Shown piece after piece: positions 17,625-26,321 of a stretch of 52,851 nt of DNA. The stretch comes from a virus (taxonomy: Duplodnaviria > Caudoviricetes). Location of the stretch: positions 1-52,851 of IMG/VR virus record IMGVR_UViG_3300023115_000025; one strand, given 5' to 3'. The position numbers and the translations under genes are program-made. The notes beneath the pieces were generated by a model. The model saw only the letters and a program-made list of their open reading frames with translations. It was not told the DNA's origin and did not search any database. Position 1 is the stretch's first letter. Each line of letters begins with the position of its first letter.

Positions 17625-20138
17625 CTAGAAAAATTGATCTAATGTAAATTTCTTTTCCAAATCCCACTGTATAGTATCGGTTATTGTTTTAATTGGTTCG
17701 AGAAAGGCCTTTTCAAATTGAGTGTCATAGTCAATGTAGTTATCCAATTCAAATTCCTCGGGCAACCCACTCAAAATGGCGATTGTATTGTTTTGTATGG
17801 GATTTGGTATTTTCAAATAACAAAACTTAATCTTTTCGCCTTCTTTAATTAATTGATATTTTCTATCAAGTTTTTTGTCTTTTAGTAATTTGTTATAATA
17901 CAACACACCTTTTACATGGATGGGCGTGCCTTTTCGAAAAACGTGTTGTGAGTCGTGATACTTTTTAAGTCCATTACAACCTCTTGGAAATGCTATCGCA
18001 TCTATGTCTGTTTTCTTAAAATCTTTTCTGAAGTTGTCAATGTGTTCAATTAACTCATCATTAGTTTTTCTAAGAATAATCTTTAGGGATTCTTTAATTT
18101 TTTCCCTACAAATTTCTGGAGTAGAAGATCTAACGGCCTCAATACCCATAATTTTCAATTCTGGTTCTTTATATCTTACACCTTCGTTGTCCCAAACATT
18201 TAGAATATACCTTTTCTTTGCTGTCCAAATGCCACTATCAGCAATAACTTCACGAGCCATCTGCATTTTTTGATCATATGCATTTACATACGAAGCAAGG
18301 TCCTCATAAGACTTATCAATAAAAGGTTCAAGTTTATCTTTAGCCACTTTATCAAGAAAATTGACCACTTTTTGTTTTGATACCTGTGCTTCCTTTCCAA
18401 AGACTTTGTGTACCAATTCACTAAAAACAACATATATCGAATCCGTATCGCTTGCAATGACATATTCTTTCTGCTCTTCATTTTCTAAAACCCTATTTAG
18501 ATATTGATTAACTTTCTTTTCAATCCATCTAATACTTAGTTGTCCAGAAAGTGTGATAGATTCTGCCTGTCTAATATCATAATAACGGAAATACTGATTA
18601 CCCAAAGCACCATATGCAGAGTTCAACAAAATCTTTGCAGCCATTTGTTTATTATCAAGTTGGGATATTTTATTCTTCAATTCTCTTTCATCACCATTTC
18701 CATCAATTAAATCTTGTTTGGTTTTCAACATCTCTTTTTTGTATTTTGTTCTATCATCATACATTTTTTGCATCAATGTTGGCAAAAACCCACGTTTATC
18801 TTTGTTAAACAAAACACCACTAGGACAGACTGTCAAATTACTTTGTTGTAAAATAGTCAAGTCAGTTTTTTCTTCTAATAAATCATCGACCGAGGTGTTT
18901 ATTCTTTCTTCGTCAAAAAGTGTTTCTGGTGAAATATTATATTGCATAATAAGATGTGGGTACAAACTATTCAAATCAAATGACATAATCCATTCGTGCT
19001 TACCAACATGGGGATCCTTTACATACCCACCAGCATATGATTCACTTTTAGTGGCAGATGATTTTGGTGGTATTACAATATTTGATTTTCTGAGCTCATT
19101 AAATGCAATCGAGTCCCATACCTTAATAGGAGAAAATACCTCATCAAAGTTTACCTTTGATTGATATGCAATAGTAATCAAAAGATCCATCAGTTTGAGT
19201 TTTTCTTCGAGCCTATCAACAAGTCCAACATCTTTAATGTTATAGTCAATATACTTTTGATAGTCTTGTTTGTAAAACAAATGCATATTTGCAAACTCTG
19301 AGTGGTCGAGTTTTCTTTCGCCCAACTCTACATATGCAATAGTATCAAGTCTATAATTTTCTCTTGTCACATAAGTAAACTTACGATACAGGTCAAGATA
19401 ATCAACAATCGCAAGGCCTGATATTTTAACCTGTTGTTGTATCATACCACGAATGTTTTTCTCAACACGATCAACCATACCCCAAGGCGAAAGAGTTTTC
19501 ATCTCTTTTTCACCCAAGACTTTTTCGATACGGTTAACAAGATATGACATATCAAACTGATTCACATTCCAACCAGTAACAATATCAATCTTTGAGTTTT
19601 TCCAAATGTTTAGAAAACTGCGTAGCAGGTCAAGTTCGTTTGAAAACTTATAATACTTTACGGGCAATCCATCTTTATTTTCCCAATCACCCAGACCAAG
19701 AACAACATATTGTCCATGCATTTTCATTGTGATAGCGTTAACACGCTCAATGGCCTGCATTGGTTCTGGAAATCCTTGTTCACACTCCACCTCAATATCA
19801 ATATTACAAATATTGACTTTAGAAATATCATATGCAATATCTTGCGGATAAGTGTCAGAAATAAATGGATACACAAACTGAGTATGTCCGTATATTTTTA
19901 CATCTTCGATTTCACTATATTTTTTTAGAAAATCTCTTGCTTCTTTAATACTGCCTTGTTTCAAAGGCCAAACTTTTTCGCCATACAGAGTCTTATGTTT
20001 TGTTGGTGTATTTTTCCTAGAAGAATTAATAAAAAGAGTAGGCGAGTAGTCTAGTTTGACCTCTCGCCTCTTTCCATCATCGATTTCTCTTAATAGTATT
20101 TTGTTGCCAACACATTGCACATTAGTATAAAAACGCAT
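17625..20138 (-). CDS. gp43: Family B DNA polymerase gp43
   Basis: ExoI DIEV, SFDLNSLYPH, K..LNSAYG, DTDS, KKRY motifs; unsplit. Confidence 0.98.
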   Translation of the reverse strand: MRFYTNVQCVGNKILLREIDDGKRREVKLDYSPTLFINSSRKNTPTKHKTLYGEKVWPLKQGSIKEARDFLKKYSEIEDVKIYGHTQFVYPFISDTYPQDIAYDISKVNICNIDIEVECEQGFPEPMQAIERVNAITMKMHGQYVVLGLGDWENKDGLPVKYYKFSNELDLLRSFLNIWKNSKIDIVTGWNVNQFDMSYLVNRIEKVLGEKEMKTLSPWGMVDRVEKNIRGMIQQQVKISGLAIVDYLDLYRKFTYVTRENYRLDTIAYVELGERKLDHSEFANMHLFYKQDYQKYIDYNIKDVGLVDRLEEKLKLMDLLITIAYQSKVNFDEVFSPIKVWDSIAFNELRKSNIVIPPKSSATKSESYAGGYVKDPHVGKHEWIMSFDLNSLYPHLIMQYNISPETLFDEERINTSVDDLLEEKTDLTILQQSNLTVCPSGVLFNKDKRGFLPTLMQKMYDDRTKYKKEMLKTKQDLIDGNGDERELKNKISQLDNKQMAAKILLNSAYGALGNQYFRYYDIRQAESITLSGQLSIRWIEKKVNQYLNRVLENEEQKEYVIASDTDSIYVVFSELVHKVFGKEAQVSKQKVVNFLDKVAKDKLEPFIDKSYEDLASYVNAYDQKMQMAREVIADSGIWTAKKRYILNVWDNEGVRYKEPELKIMGIEAVRSSTPEICREKIKESLKIILRKTNDELIEHIDNFRKDFKKTDIDAIAFPRGCNGLKKYHDSQHVFRKGTPIHVKGVLYYNKLLKDKKLDRKYQLIKEGEKIKFCYLKIPNPIQNNTIAILSGLPEEFELDNYIDYDTQFEKAFLEPIKTITDTIQWDLEKKFTLDQFF

Positions 20139-20162
20139 CAAAACCTCAATATAATTTCAACT

Positions 20163-20191
20163 AGAATATCATATTATTTGTGATTTGTCAA
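20163..20191 (-). promoter_or_regulatory. Sigma70-type promoter for gp43
   Basis: TTGACA-17 nt-TATTCT with an extended TG. Confidence 0.75.
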
Positions 20192-20192
20192 G

Positions 20193-20561
20193 TTATAATT
20201 TGACAAATGAATGATTTCCAGAGGGTTCTTGTGGTTTTGCCTTCTTAATAGTATTAACACTAGTAGAAGAAGGCAGGACCAAACCACTACCAAATACTTT
20301 GCTATATTCGTTTAATAATTCATTTACTGGAGTTAGAACAAAAAGAACTAAATCTTTTTTAATTTCTATTCCATCTTTTGCGTTTGTGTACGGTAAAAAT
20401 GGGGCCAATCCAATCCTAGCAGTTGCAGATGTTGGATCGGCATATGAAGTTGCGATTTGACACACATCTTTGATTTTATAATGTGTATCAGTTTCTTCAA
20501 CAATACCCATCAATTCTTCACCAGATATAAGTCTGACAACTTTTGTATCTGTTAAAGACAT
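20193..20561 (-). CDS. Sm-like-fold protein conserved upstream of gp43
   Basis: KVVRLISGEELMG, GLAPFLPY, ELLNEYSKVFGSGLV. Confidence 0.75.
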   Translation of the reverse strand: MSLTDTKVVRLISGEELMGIVEETDTHYKIKDVCQIATSYADPTSATARIGLAPFLPYTNAKDGIEIKKDLVLFVLTPVNELLNEYSKVFGSGLVLPSSTSVNTIKKAKPQEPSGNHSFVKL

Positions 20562-20830
20562 TAGCTTTCCTCTTGTGGATCTGTTGGTGTTGCGGTTGCA
20601 GTGGGTTGTGGCTGATTGGCAAAATGCGAAACTAAACTTTTTAGTTTGCCTTCAGAGTCTGATAGTTGAGTCAACCATTTATCCATCGTTCCAACAAAAT
20701 CACTATGTTCTGCAACACCAGAAGAATTAGAAAAGAATACATTTAGATTTGCGATTGCTTCATCTCTTTCAAATTCGTATTTTCTAATCAATGCCCTCAT
20801 GAAGGGACTTTGTACATAATTAAATTGCAT
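20561..20830 (-). CDS. Conserved hypothetical protein
   Basis: A.ANL.VF..N..GV.EH.D motif seen in marine T4-like phages. Confidence 0.7.
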   Translation of the reverse strand: MQFNYVQSPFMRALIRKYEFERDEAIANLNVFFSNSSGVAEHSDFVGTMDKWLTQLSDSEGKLKSLVSHFANQPQPTATATPTDPQEES

Positions 20831-21125
20831 TTACTTTCGCTCCTTTTGCTATCCATTTCTTTTCTTCTTTGATATGTTGTTTTATATCTGATTGGAGTTT
20901 TCTTGCAGTTGGAGTATCACCCAACCATTTAATTATTCTCCTTTCAAGATATTTCCATTCCATATCAATTACTTTTCTCATAATATCACCAGCATTTTGA
21001 TTCATCATGATATCTTTATTATTTAAGATTTGTTCCATAAGTTTATCATTTGGAAGTGCCGGTTGAAATTCAACATCACCAAATCTTGGTGATTTTTTTC
21101 TTATTCTATAGAGTGGTTCATTCAT
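20820..21125 (-). CDS. Hypothetical protein
   Basis: ORF overlapping both neighbours in the operon. Confidence 0.65.
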   Translation of the reverse strand: MNEPLYRIRKKSPRFGDVEFQPALPNDKLMEQILNNKDIMMNQNAGDIMRKVIDMEWKYLERRIIKWLGDTPTARKLQSDIKQHIKEEKKWIAKGAKVNAI

Positions 21126-21304
21126 TATTTAACAATCCACTCTTTCTCTTCTTGAATTTCTTGCCTGCGAGATTTGACGCATTTGGAAATCTCCATTAAC
21201 GCTTTTCTTGCTCTAATTCCGGCAGATTTGTTTCCTGTTGAAAATTTTTCATTTTCTAACTTGTATTGTTCTACAAGTGCAATAATTTGTTCATGTGTAT
21301 CCAT
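21125..21304 (-). CDS. Histone H1-like Hc1 family small basic protein
   Basis: KFSTGNKSAGIRARKALMEI.K..K.RRQEI; SD AAGGTG before ATG 21304. Confidence 0.75.
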   Translation of the reverse strand: MDTHEQIIALVEQYKLENEKFSTGNKSAGIRARKALMEISKCVKSRRQEIQEEKEWIVK

Positions 21305-21320
21305 TTTTATCACCTTTTTC

Positions 21321-21346
21321 AAAGTGGGGGTTTCCCCCCACCTTTT
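21321..21346 (-). terminator. GC-rich hairpin downstream of hsp20 (putative intrinsic terminator)
   Basis: GTGGGGG-GAAA-CCCCCAC followed by only a short T run. Confidence 0.6.
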
Positions 21347-21348
21347 AT

Positions 21349-21807
21349 TTATTCAGCCAAAAACTTTTTGTTTTTTGACTTTTTTACAGTACCAATTTCA
21401 ATAGTCCTTGGTTTTTTGTGTTCCGGAACTACTAACTCCATACTGATAGTTAAAATTCCATTCACGATTTCAGCACCTGTTACTACGAGGTCAGCAGCGA
21501 GTGTAAACTTTCTTTCAAAGTTACGTCCACCAATACCTTTATGTAGATATTCCACATCTGCGATATCAGTTTTTGTACCAGTGACCGTCAAAGTATTTTC
21601 TTTCACTTCGACAGAAAGTTCATCTTCAGAGAAACCAGAAACCGCCAATTCAATTGTATATGTTTCTTCGTCACCTTTAATAATATTATAAGGTGGATAA
21701 TTATCACCTTTGAAAGCGACCGAATTATCTAATTCTCTGAGTAAATGATCGAAGCCGATGCTACTGCGTAGAAAAGGATCGAAGTGCTGTGTTGTAAACC
21801 TAACCAT
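21349..21807 (-). CDS. hsp20: Small heat shock protein Hsp20 (IbpA-like)
   Basis: SIGFD, YPPYNI, IELAVSGF, YLHKGIGGRNF.R.F.LA, NGILTI; SD AGGAGG before ATG 21807. Confidence 0.95.
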   Translation of the reverse strand: MVRFTTQHFDPFLRSSIGFDHLLRELDNSVAFKGDNYPPYNIIKGDEETYTIELAVSGFSEDELSVEVKENTLTVTGTKTDIADVEYLHKGIGGRNFERKFTLAADLVVTGAEIVNGILTISMELVVPEHKKPRTIEIGTVKKSKNKKFLAE

Positions 21808-21862
21808 TTTATTTCCTCCTATATTTAGCAAGGTTAATTATGAGTCCCATAAGGCGACCCGC
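21808..21862 (-). promoter_or_regulatory. Structured hsp20 leader, ROSE-like RNA thermometer
   Basis: CCUUGCU-AAAUAU-AGGAGG hairpin sequesters the SD with a bulged G; upstream hairpin GGGUC-G-CC-UUAU-GG-GACUC. Confidence 0.65.
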
Positions 21863-21903
21863 ATATTATTTAGTATACTTTTTTGCGTCATACTAAAAAA
21901 TAT

Positions 21904-22326
21904 TTAAATATCTTCACTTTTTCTATTTTCTGACATATAAACATCAAATTTACCGCCAGGATATCTAGACTCTAACTTTTGAACATTTTGCGCAATGACT
22001 TCGTTTGGATCCACATCAATGGCCCTACATGCATTTATCCAATACCAAATCACATCGCCCAATTCGGATTTTAAATGTGCCTTTGTTTGATCTGTAAATG
22101 GTTTGCCTTGAAACAACAATTTCTTTACAATTTCCGCAAACTCACCAGATTCACTTGACATTCCAATAGTACTTGTCATTAGTAATGACATATTGATATC
22201 AAACACATCTAAATGTTTTTGTGTTTCTTCGAGATTATCAATAAACAACTTTGTACTATTACTTTGCAGGCTTGTGACGCCCTCTACAAAGTTTTTATAA
22301 GAATTTAAATCAATTTGTTTCGACAT
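21904..22326 (-). CDS. mazG: MazG-like nucleotide pyrophosphohydrolase
   Basis: GMSSESGEFAEIVKK..FQGK, ELGDVIWY, N..KL..RYPGG. Confidence 0.92.
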   Translation of the reverse strand: MSKQIDLNSYKNFVEGVTSLQSNSTKLFIDNLEETQKHLDVFDINMSLLMTSTIGMSSESGEFAEIVKKLLFQGKPFTDQTKAHLKSELGDVIWYWINACRAIDVDPNEVIAQNVQKLESRYPGGKFDVYMSENRKSEDI

Positions 22327-22906
22327 CTTGTTCCTCTCGTAAATCATAAATAATATTTTCTATACTATTTTCTTGAATGGCGCACATTTGTTCCCAACTT
22401 GGCTCCCAATCTTCTGGCTCTTCTTCACCCATTTCGTCTTCGTCCCAATAAAAACTCAATCCTTCATTACTATATTCATCCGATTCAATCATATAATTAT
22501 CATAAACTTCGCCTTCGTAAAAAACCGAAGAACCAAAAAAGTTTGGCATCTCATCCTCATATGTTGCGGCAAAAATAACTTTAGGGTCAATTTTCTCGGC
22601 CTCTTCCGCAATCTTTACATAAAAATATTCTGGATAATCCCATGCGGAACAACAAGAGATAGATTCAACGTCAATATCTTGAACATTACACCATTTTGCG
22701 CCGATATTATCTATGTACCAAGATCTTGTTGAAGTTTCTTCTTCATTAACATCAGACCAAAACATTTCATGTACTGGTTTATATAATTCAAAATCAACAA
22801 CTTCATCTTCTGGAATCACAAGGCCATCTAACTTTTCTTTAAACCATTTCTTTACTTCATCATTTCCTTCATAAATCCAAAAATTTGAATAAACATTATT
22901 TGCCAT
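22310..22906 (-). CDS. Acidic protein, YubB/DUF1281 ferredoxin-like fold
   Basis: W...NIGAKW, SAW..P and YEDE motifs resemble the family's NWGTKW / TAW.PP. Confidence 0.5.
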   Translation of the reverse strand: MANNVYSNFWIYEGNDEVKKWFKEKLDGLVIPEDEVVDFELYKPVHEMFWSDVNEEETSTRSWYIDNIGAKWCNVQDIDVESISCCSAWDYPEYFYVKIAEEAEKIDPKVIFAATYEDEMPNFFGSSVFYEGEVYDNYMIESDEYSNEGLSFYWDEDEMGEEEPEDWEPSWEQMCAIQENSIENIIYDLREEQDVETN

Positions 22907-22908
22907 TT

Positions 22909-23442
22909 TTATCTCCACTTTGGGTTAGGGTAAAATATTGTATCGCCTTCGCTATCGTCGAATAAGTACCAACAAGAATTATCTTTGCCGGTATGTTTAC
23001 TATTTTCTATCCATTTAACTCTACCTATACTAACAACTTTTTTCAGTTTTGTCAAGTAGGGAACTGCTTGTTTTGTATGAATCCAGTCTGCATCAAACAA
23101 AAACCATGTTGGTGCTTGTTTGGAGAAGTGTATAATCATTGGATGTAATAACCACCTAGACCAAGGTGGATTTGTTATTATAAAATCTGTTTTAAAAGGA
23201 ACTACCACATCAAACGCATCTTTCTTGCCAACCCAATCGCATTGTGGGTTGATATCTGTATGTCCAACAGAAATGCCGGGCGACAGAGACTGTAAATAAT
23301 TTACTAGTCTACCATCACCGGCACATGGTTCATAAAATTTGAAATGTTCTTTTGGTAAAAACGGAATTAATGGCTTAACTGCATCCATTGGTGTTGGATA
23401 GAAATCATTTTTTCTATGTTCAAATTCACTTCTTTTTCCCAT
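22909..23442 (-). CDS. Small amino-DNA methyltransferase (N6-adenine-like)
   Basis: DFYPTP, motif I EPCAGDG, motif IV ITNPPW. Confidence 0.8.
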   Translation of the reverse strand: MGKRSEFEHRKNDFYPTPMDAVKPLIPFLPKEHFKFYEPCAGDGRLVNYLQSLSPGISVGHTDINPQCDWVGKKDAFDVVVPFKTDFIITNPPWSRWLLHPMIIHFSKQAPTWFLFDADWIHTKQAVPYLTKLKKVVSIGRVKWIENSKHTGKDNSCWYLFDDSEGDTIFYPNPKWR

Positions 23443-23457
23443 AATATAATACTCATT

Positions 23458-23847
23458 TTATTTTTTACGTCCAATGTTGTACTTGGGCACTAATTCCCAT
23501 TCATCCTTTTCTCTGTGAGATAAAACTTTTATCTGAGATAGTGGAGCGGCATCAAAATTATCCGCCCTACTAATTTTTATCAATCCCCATTCTTCGAGTA
23601 AATTTACAATTGCGTTTCTTCTTGATCTATCGTTATCCGAAAAATCAGAATTTTTTCCATCAAGTTTAAAAAGTTCTTTAAAATGCACAATATAATACTT
23701 ACCCTGTTTATGTAAAATGTGGCAAGATTGATAAAGTTTACGATCTTTTCTTGAAGCAACACCAATCCGTGTCAAGGTTTCTTTAATTTTAAGAAAATCT
23801 TCTTGATCCTTGAGTTCAACTTCTGTTAAAGTATCAAGTATACTCAT
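23458..23847 (-). CDS. regA: Translational repressor RegA
   Basis: DFLKIKETLTRIGVAS, LYQSCHILHKQGKYYIVHFKELF.LDG. Confidence 0.97.
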   Translation of the reverse strand: MSILDTLTEVELKDQEDFLKIKETLTRIGVASRKDRKLYQSCHILHKQGKYYIVHFKELFKLDGKNSDFSDNDRSRRNAIVNLLEEWGLIKISRADNFDAAPLSQIKVLSHREKDEWELVPKYNIGRKK

Positions 23848-23856
23848 AACATTCTC

Positions 23857-24243
23857 CTATCCGCCTTTATTCAATTTGCTTTTTATATATTCAATTTGTT
23901 CATCATTTAGTATTTTAAGAGCTTCTTCTGCCCTCTCATTATTGTAGCCATAATATTCTTTTACATAATCTAGATCACTATGGATACTTTTTTTCGCCCA
24001 AGGTGAAAATCTTTTTCTTGGACGTATACTATTTAGTAAATAATCAAACTGAAGTTTATTATCTATAAGCGGATATTGGTTTACTTCATTTGCAAACAAA
24101 ATCGTATCTTGGTGATACGAGAAGTTGCGATTTATCATAAATGCTTTATAATTCTTCTCCCACATTTCATCTTCTGTGTCCAGCAATCTCTTTTTAGTAC
24201 TAGAGATTGCTGGCACATAATCTTTAAACAAATCATAACTCAT
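23857..24243 (-). CDS. gp62: Clamp loader small subunit gp62
   Basis: FMINR.FS, RPRKRFSPW, KEYYGY; gp45-44-62-regA synteny. Confidence 0.93.
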   Translation of the reverse strand: MSYDLFKDYVPAISSTKKRLLDTEDEMWEKNYKAFMINRNFSYHQDTILFANEVNQYPLIDNKLQFDYLLNSIRPRKRFSPWAKKSIHSDLDYVKEYYGYNNERAEEALKILNDEQIEYIKSKLNKGG

Positions 24244-25175
24244 TTCCAATCACACTCCACCATCAATTCGGTGAGACATGCAACCAGATTTATTTCTTGA
24301 TCTGCAACAAACGCTGATTTGTATTGATAGTCAGCAATTGTAACGACAGCCTGGGGAATAGAAGCGTGATTGAGGTGCTCATACAAACCATCGTAAATAG
24401 TTCTAAAAATAATAGTTGGGTCATTATCTACATTCTCCACTACCCATTTTCTCATTTCAGTAAACTTGCGAGACTTTAATAACTCTGCAAGGTCTTTCAT
24501 TTTTAAGTCGCCAAGATTTACAAGCAATCCTTCATCAATTCTTCCACTTGCAGAATATCTTTGCAACTCATTTAACACTCTCCTCCAATCGGGAAAATGT
24601 TTTTGGATTAATTGTGCAATAACTATTTTGTTAAAGTCCACACCCTCATCCACTAAGATATTACACACTCTTTTAAAGAAAGATGCCATTATCTTATCTT
24701 TTTCAGAATTTGAAATCTTAAACTCAATTGTAGAACATCTACTGTGTAAAGGTTCGATTATGCGATTTTTAAAATTACACGTTAGAATAAACCTACAATT
24801 ACCAGCAAACTCCTCTATAAACCCACGTAGCGCAGGCTGTGTTGACTGTGGATTAAGGTAATCAGCCTCATCAAGTATGACCACCTTACCATCACTTGAG
24901 AAACTAACAGTGGAGGCATAATGTCTAATTTTAGTTCTGAGAGTGTCTATGTTTCCATCCTCGGAACCGTTAATTAACATGTGGTCAAGACCCATTTCAT
25001 TACACAGAGCCTTTGCAACCGTTGTTTTACCAACACCGGCAGAACCTGACAATAACAAATTGGGCAATTCTTTGTTTTCTACAAACTCTTTAAATGTAGA
25101 TTTAAGATCATTTGGTAGGATACATTCATCTATAGTTTTAGGGCGATATTTTTCAACCCACAAAAATTCACTCAT
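24240..25175 (-). CDS. gp44: Clamp loader large subunit gp44
   Basis: LWVEKYRP, GSAGVGKTT, ILDEAD, PLHSRC. Confidence 0.97.
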   Translation of the reverse strand: MSEFLWVEKYRPKTIDECILPNDLKSTFKEFVENKELPNLLLSGSAGVGKTTVAKALCNEMGLDHMLINGSEDGNIDTLRTKIRHYASTVSFSSDGKVVILDEADYLNPQSTQPALRGFIEEFAGNCRFILTCNFKNRIIEPLHSRCSTIEFKISNSEKDKIMASFFKRVCNILVDEGVDFNKIVIAQLIQKHFPDWRRVLNELQRYSASGRIDEGLLVNLGDLKMKDLAELLKSRKFTEMRKWVVENVDNDPTIIFRTIYDGLYEHLNHASIPQAVVTIADYQYKSAFVADQEINLVACLTELMVECDWK

Positions 25176-25185
25176 TACCTACCTC

Positions 25186-25881
25186 TCAATCTTCGTATTT
25201 CGAATCTTGTTCGAGAGTCACCCAATATTGAATTGCCTTTATATGATGTCGGAATGTTGAAATTTTATTCCTCGAAACAGAAACATTATAATCACCTTCG
25301 ATTAGTTTCATATTCTCAGCTCGGAAATACATTTGAAAGTTTGCATTACTTTCACCAACTGGTTCTTTTGCAATATCAGTTGTATCTGATTTTTTATCTA
25401 GAGCAACAAAATTAATTATACCATCCTCTGTCATAAGAGCATAATCAGGCAAAGAATTAATAGACGCAACTTTACTAATAGTGGAAAGAGTTGCATTTGT
25501 TAGAGTCACATTAACATCATAATCTTTAATCTCTTTTGCATCATCTGGATTATTTTTAGAATCATCCATTTTAAATGTGGTTGTTGGATGGACAATGATA
25601 GATGGATCTGCTGCCATAAATTTATATGTTTTACTTCCATTAGACATCAATACATACTTTTCATGGAATTCTAATTCTGGATAGATAGACAAATTACCAA
25701 GGAAACGAGGCAAATCATAGATACCAAACTGTACAGGAAACTCTTCTTCAATATCAGCTGATGCAAGAATATTTCTCATCACCGACATGGTAGATAATCT
25801 ATTGCCAGGATTAATTAGAATAGATTGATTGATATTTGCAAAGTTTCGCAAAACCAATTGAGTTTGTTCACTTATTTTCAT
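25186..25881 (-). CDS. gp45: Sliding clamp gp45
   Basis: MKISEQT..VLRNFANINQSI, FGIYDL..FL; synteny. Confidence 0.95.
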   Translation of the reverse strand: MKISEQTQLVLRNFANINQSILINPGNRLSTMSVMRNILASADIEEEFPVQFGIYDLPRFLGNLSIYPELEFHEKYVLMSNGSKTYKFMAADPSIIVHPTTTFKMDDSKNNPDDAKEIKDYDVNVTLTNATLSTISKVASINSLPDYALMTEDGIINFVALDKKSDTTDIAKEPVGESNANFQMYFRAENMKLIEGDYNVSVSRNKISTFRHHIKAIQYWVTLEQDSKYED

Positions 25882-26029
25882 TTTCAATAACTCCATATTT
25901 CATTTTAAGATAATTAGAAATGGTCAAATTTTCTTTACTAGCCATTTTTTTCACATATTCTTTTCTGCCCTTGCTGAGTTTTTTGTAATCTCTATCCAAG
26001 TTATCAGAATGTTTCAGATTAATGCTCAT
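25868..26029 (-). CDS. Small basic hypothetical protein (53 aa, below the ORF-track cutoff)
   Basis: MSINLKHSDNLDRDYKKLSKGRKEYVKKMASKENLTISNYLKMKYGVIENENK; SD GGAG; fills the gap and overlaps both neighbours. Confidence 0.6.
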   Translation of the reverse strand: MSINLKHSDNLDRDYKKLSKGRKEYVKKMASKENLTISNYLKMKYGVIENENK

Positions 26030-26312
26030 CATTTTCTCCATACATTAAATCATGATTGTATAGCGCCAGTATACCATAATGTATGATTTTTAGCAAGTCT
26101 TTTCTGAAATCTTTTTCGGTCTCGCCTTTTTTACCATACCTCTGAGAATACTTTACAACATTACCTAAACAAAACCCAGCACCATGACCATTGTCTATGA
26201 TAACTTCAGTCGATTGTAGTTTTGAACTTGAGTAATGTTGATCGTATGTTAGATCAATGTATTGCCTGATTTCCTCAAGCAATACATCTTCGTTAAATTT
26301 ATAGTCTATCAT
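26019..26312 (-). CDS. DUF3310-like protein
   Basis: TY.QHYS, GF..GN..KY..RYGKK, DL.K..HY. Confidence 0.75.
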   Translation of the reverse strand: MIDYKFNEDVLLEEIRQYIDLTYDQHYSSSKLQSTEVIIDNGHGAGFCLGNVVKYSQRYGKKGETEKDFRKDLLKIIHYGILALYNHDLMYGENDEH

Positions 26313-26321
26313 ATTCCTCCT

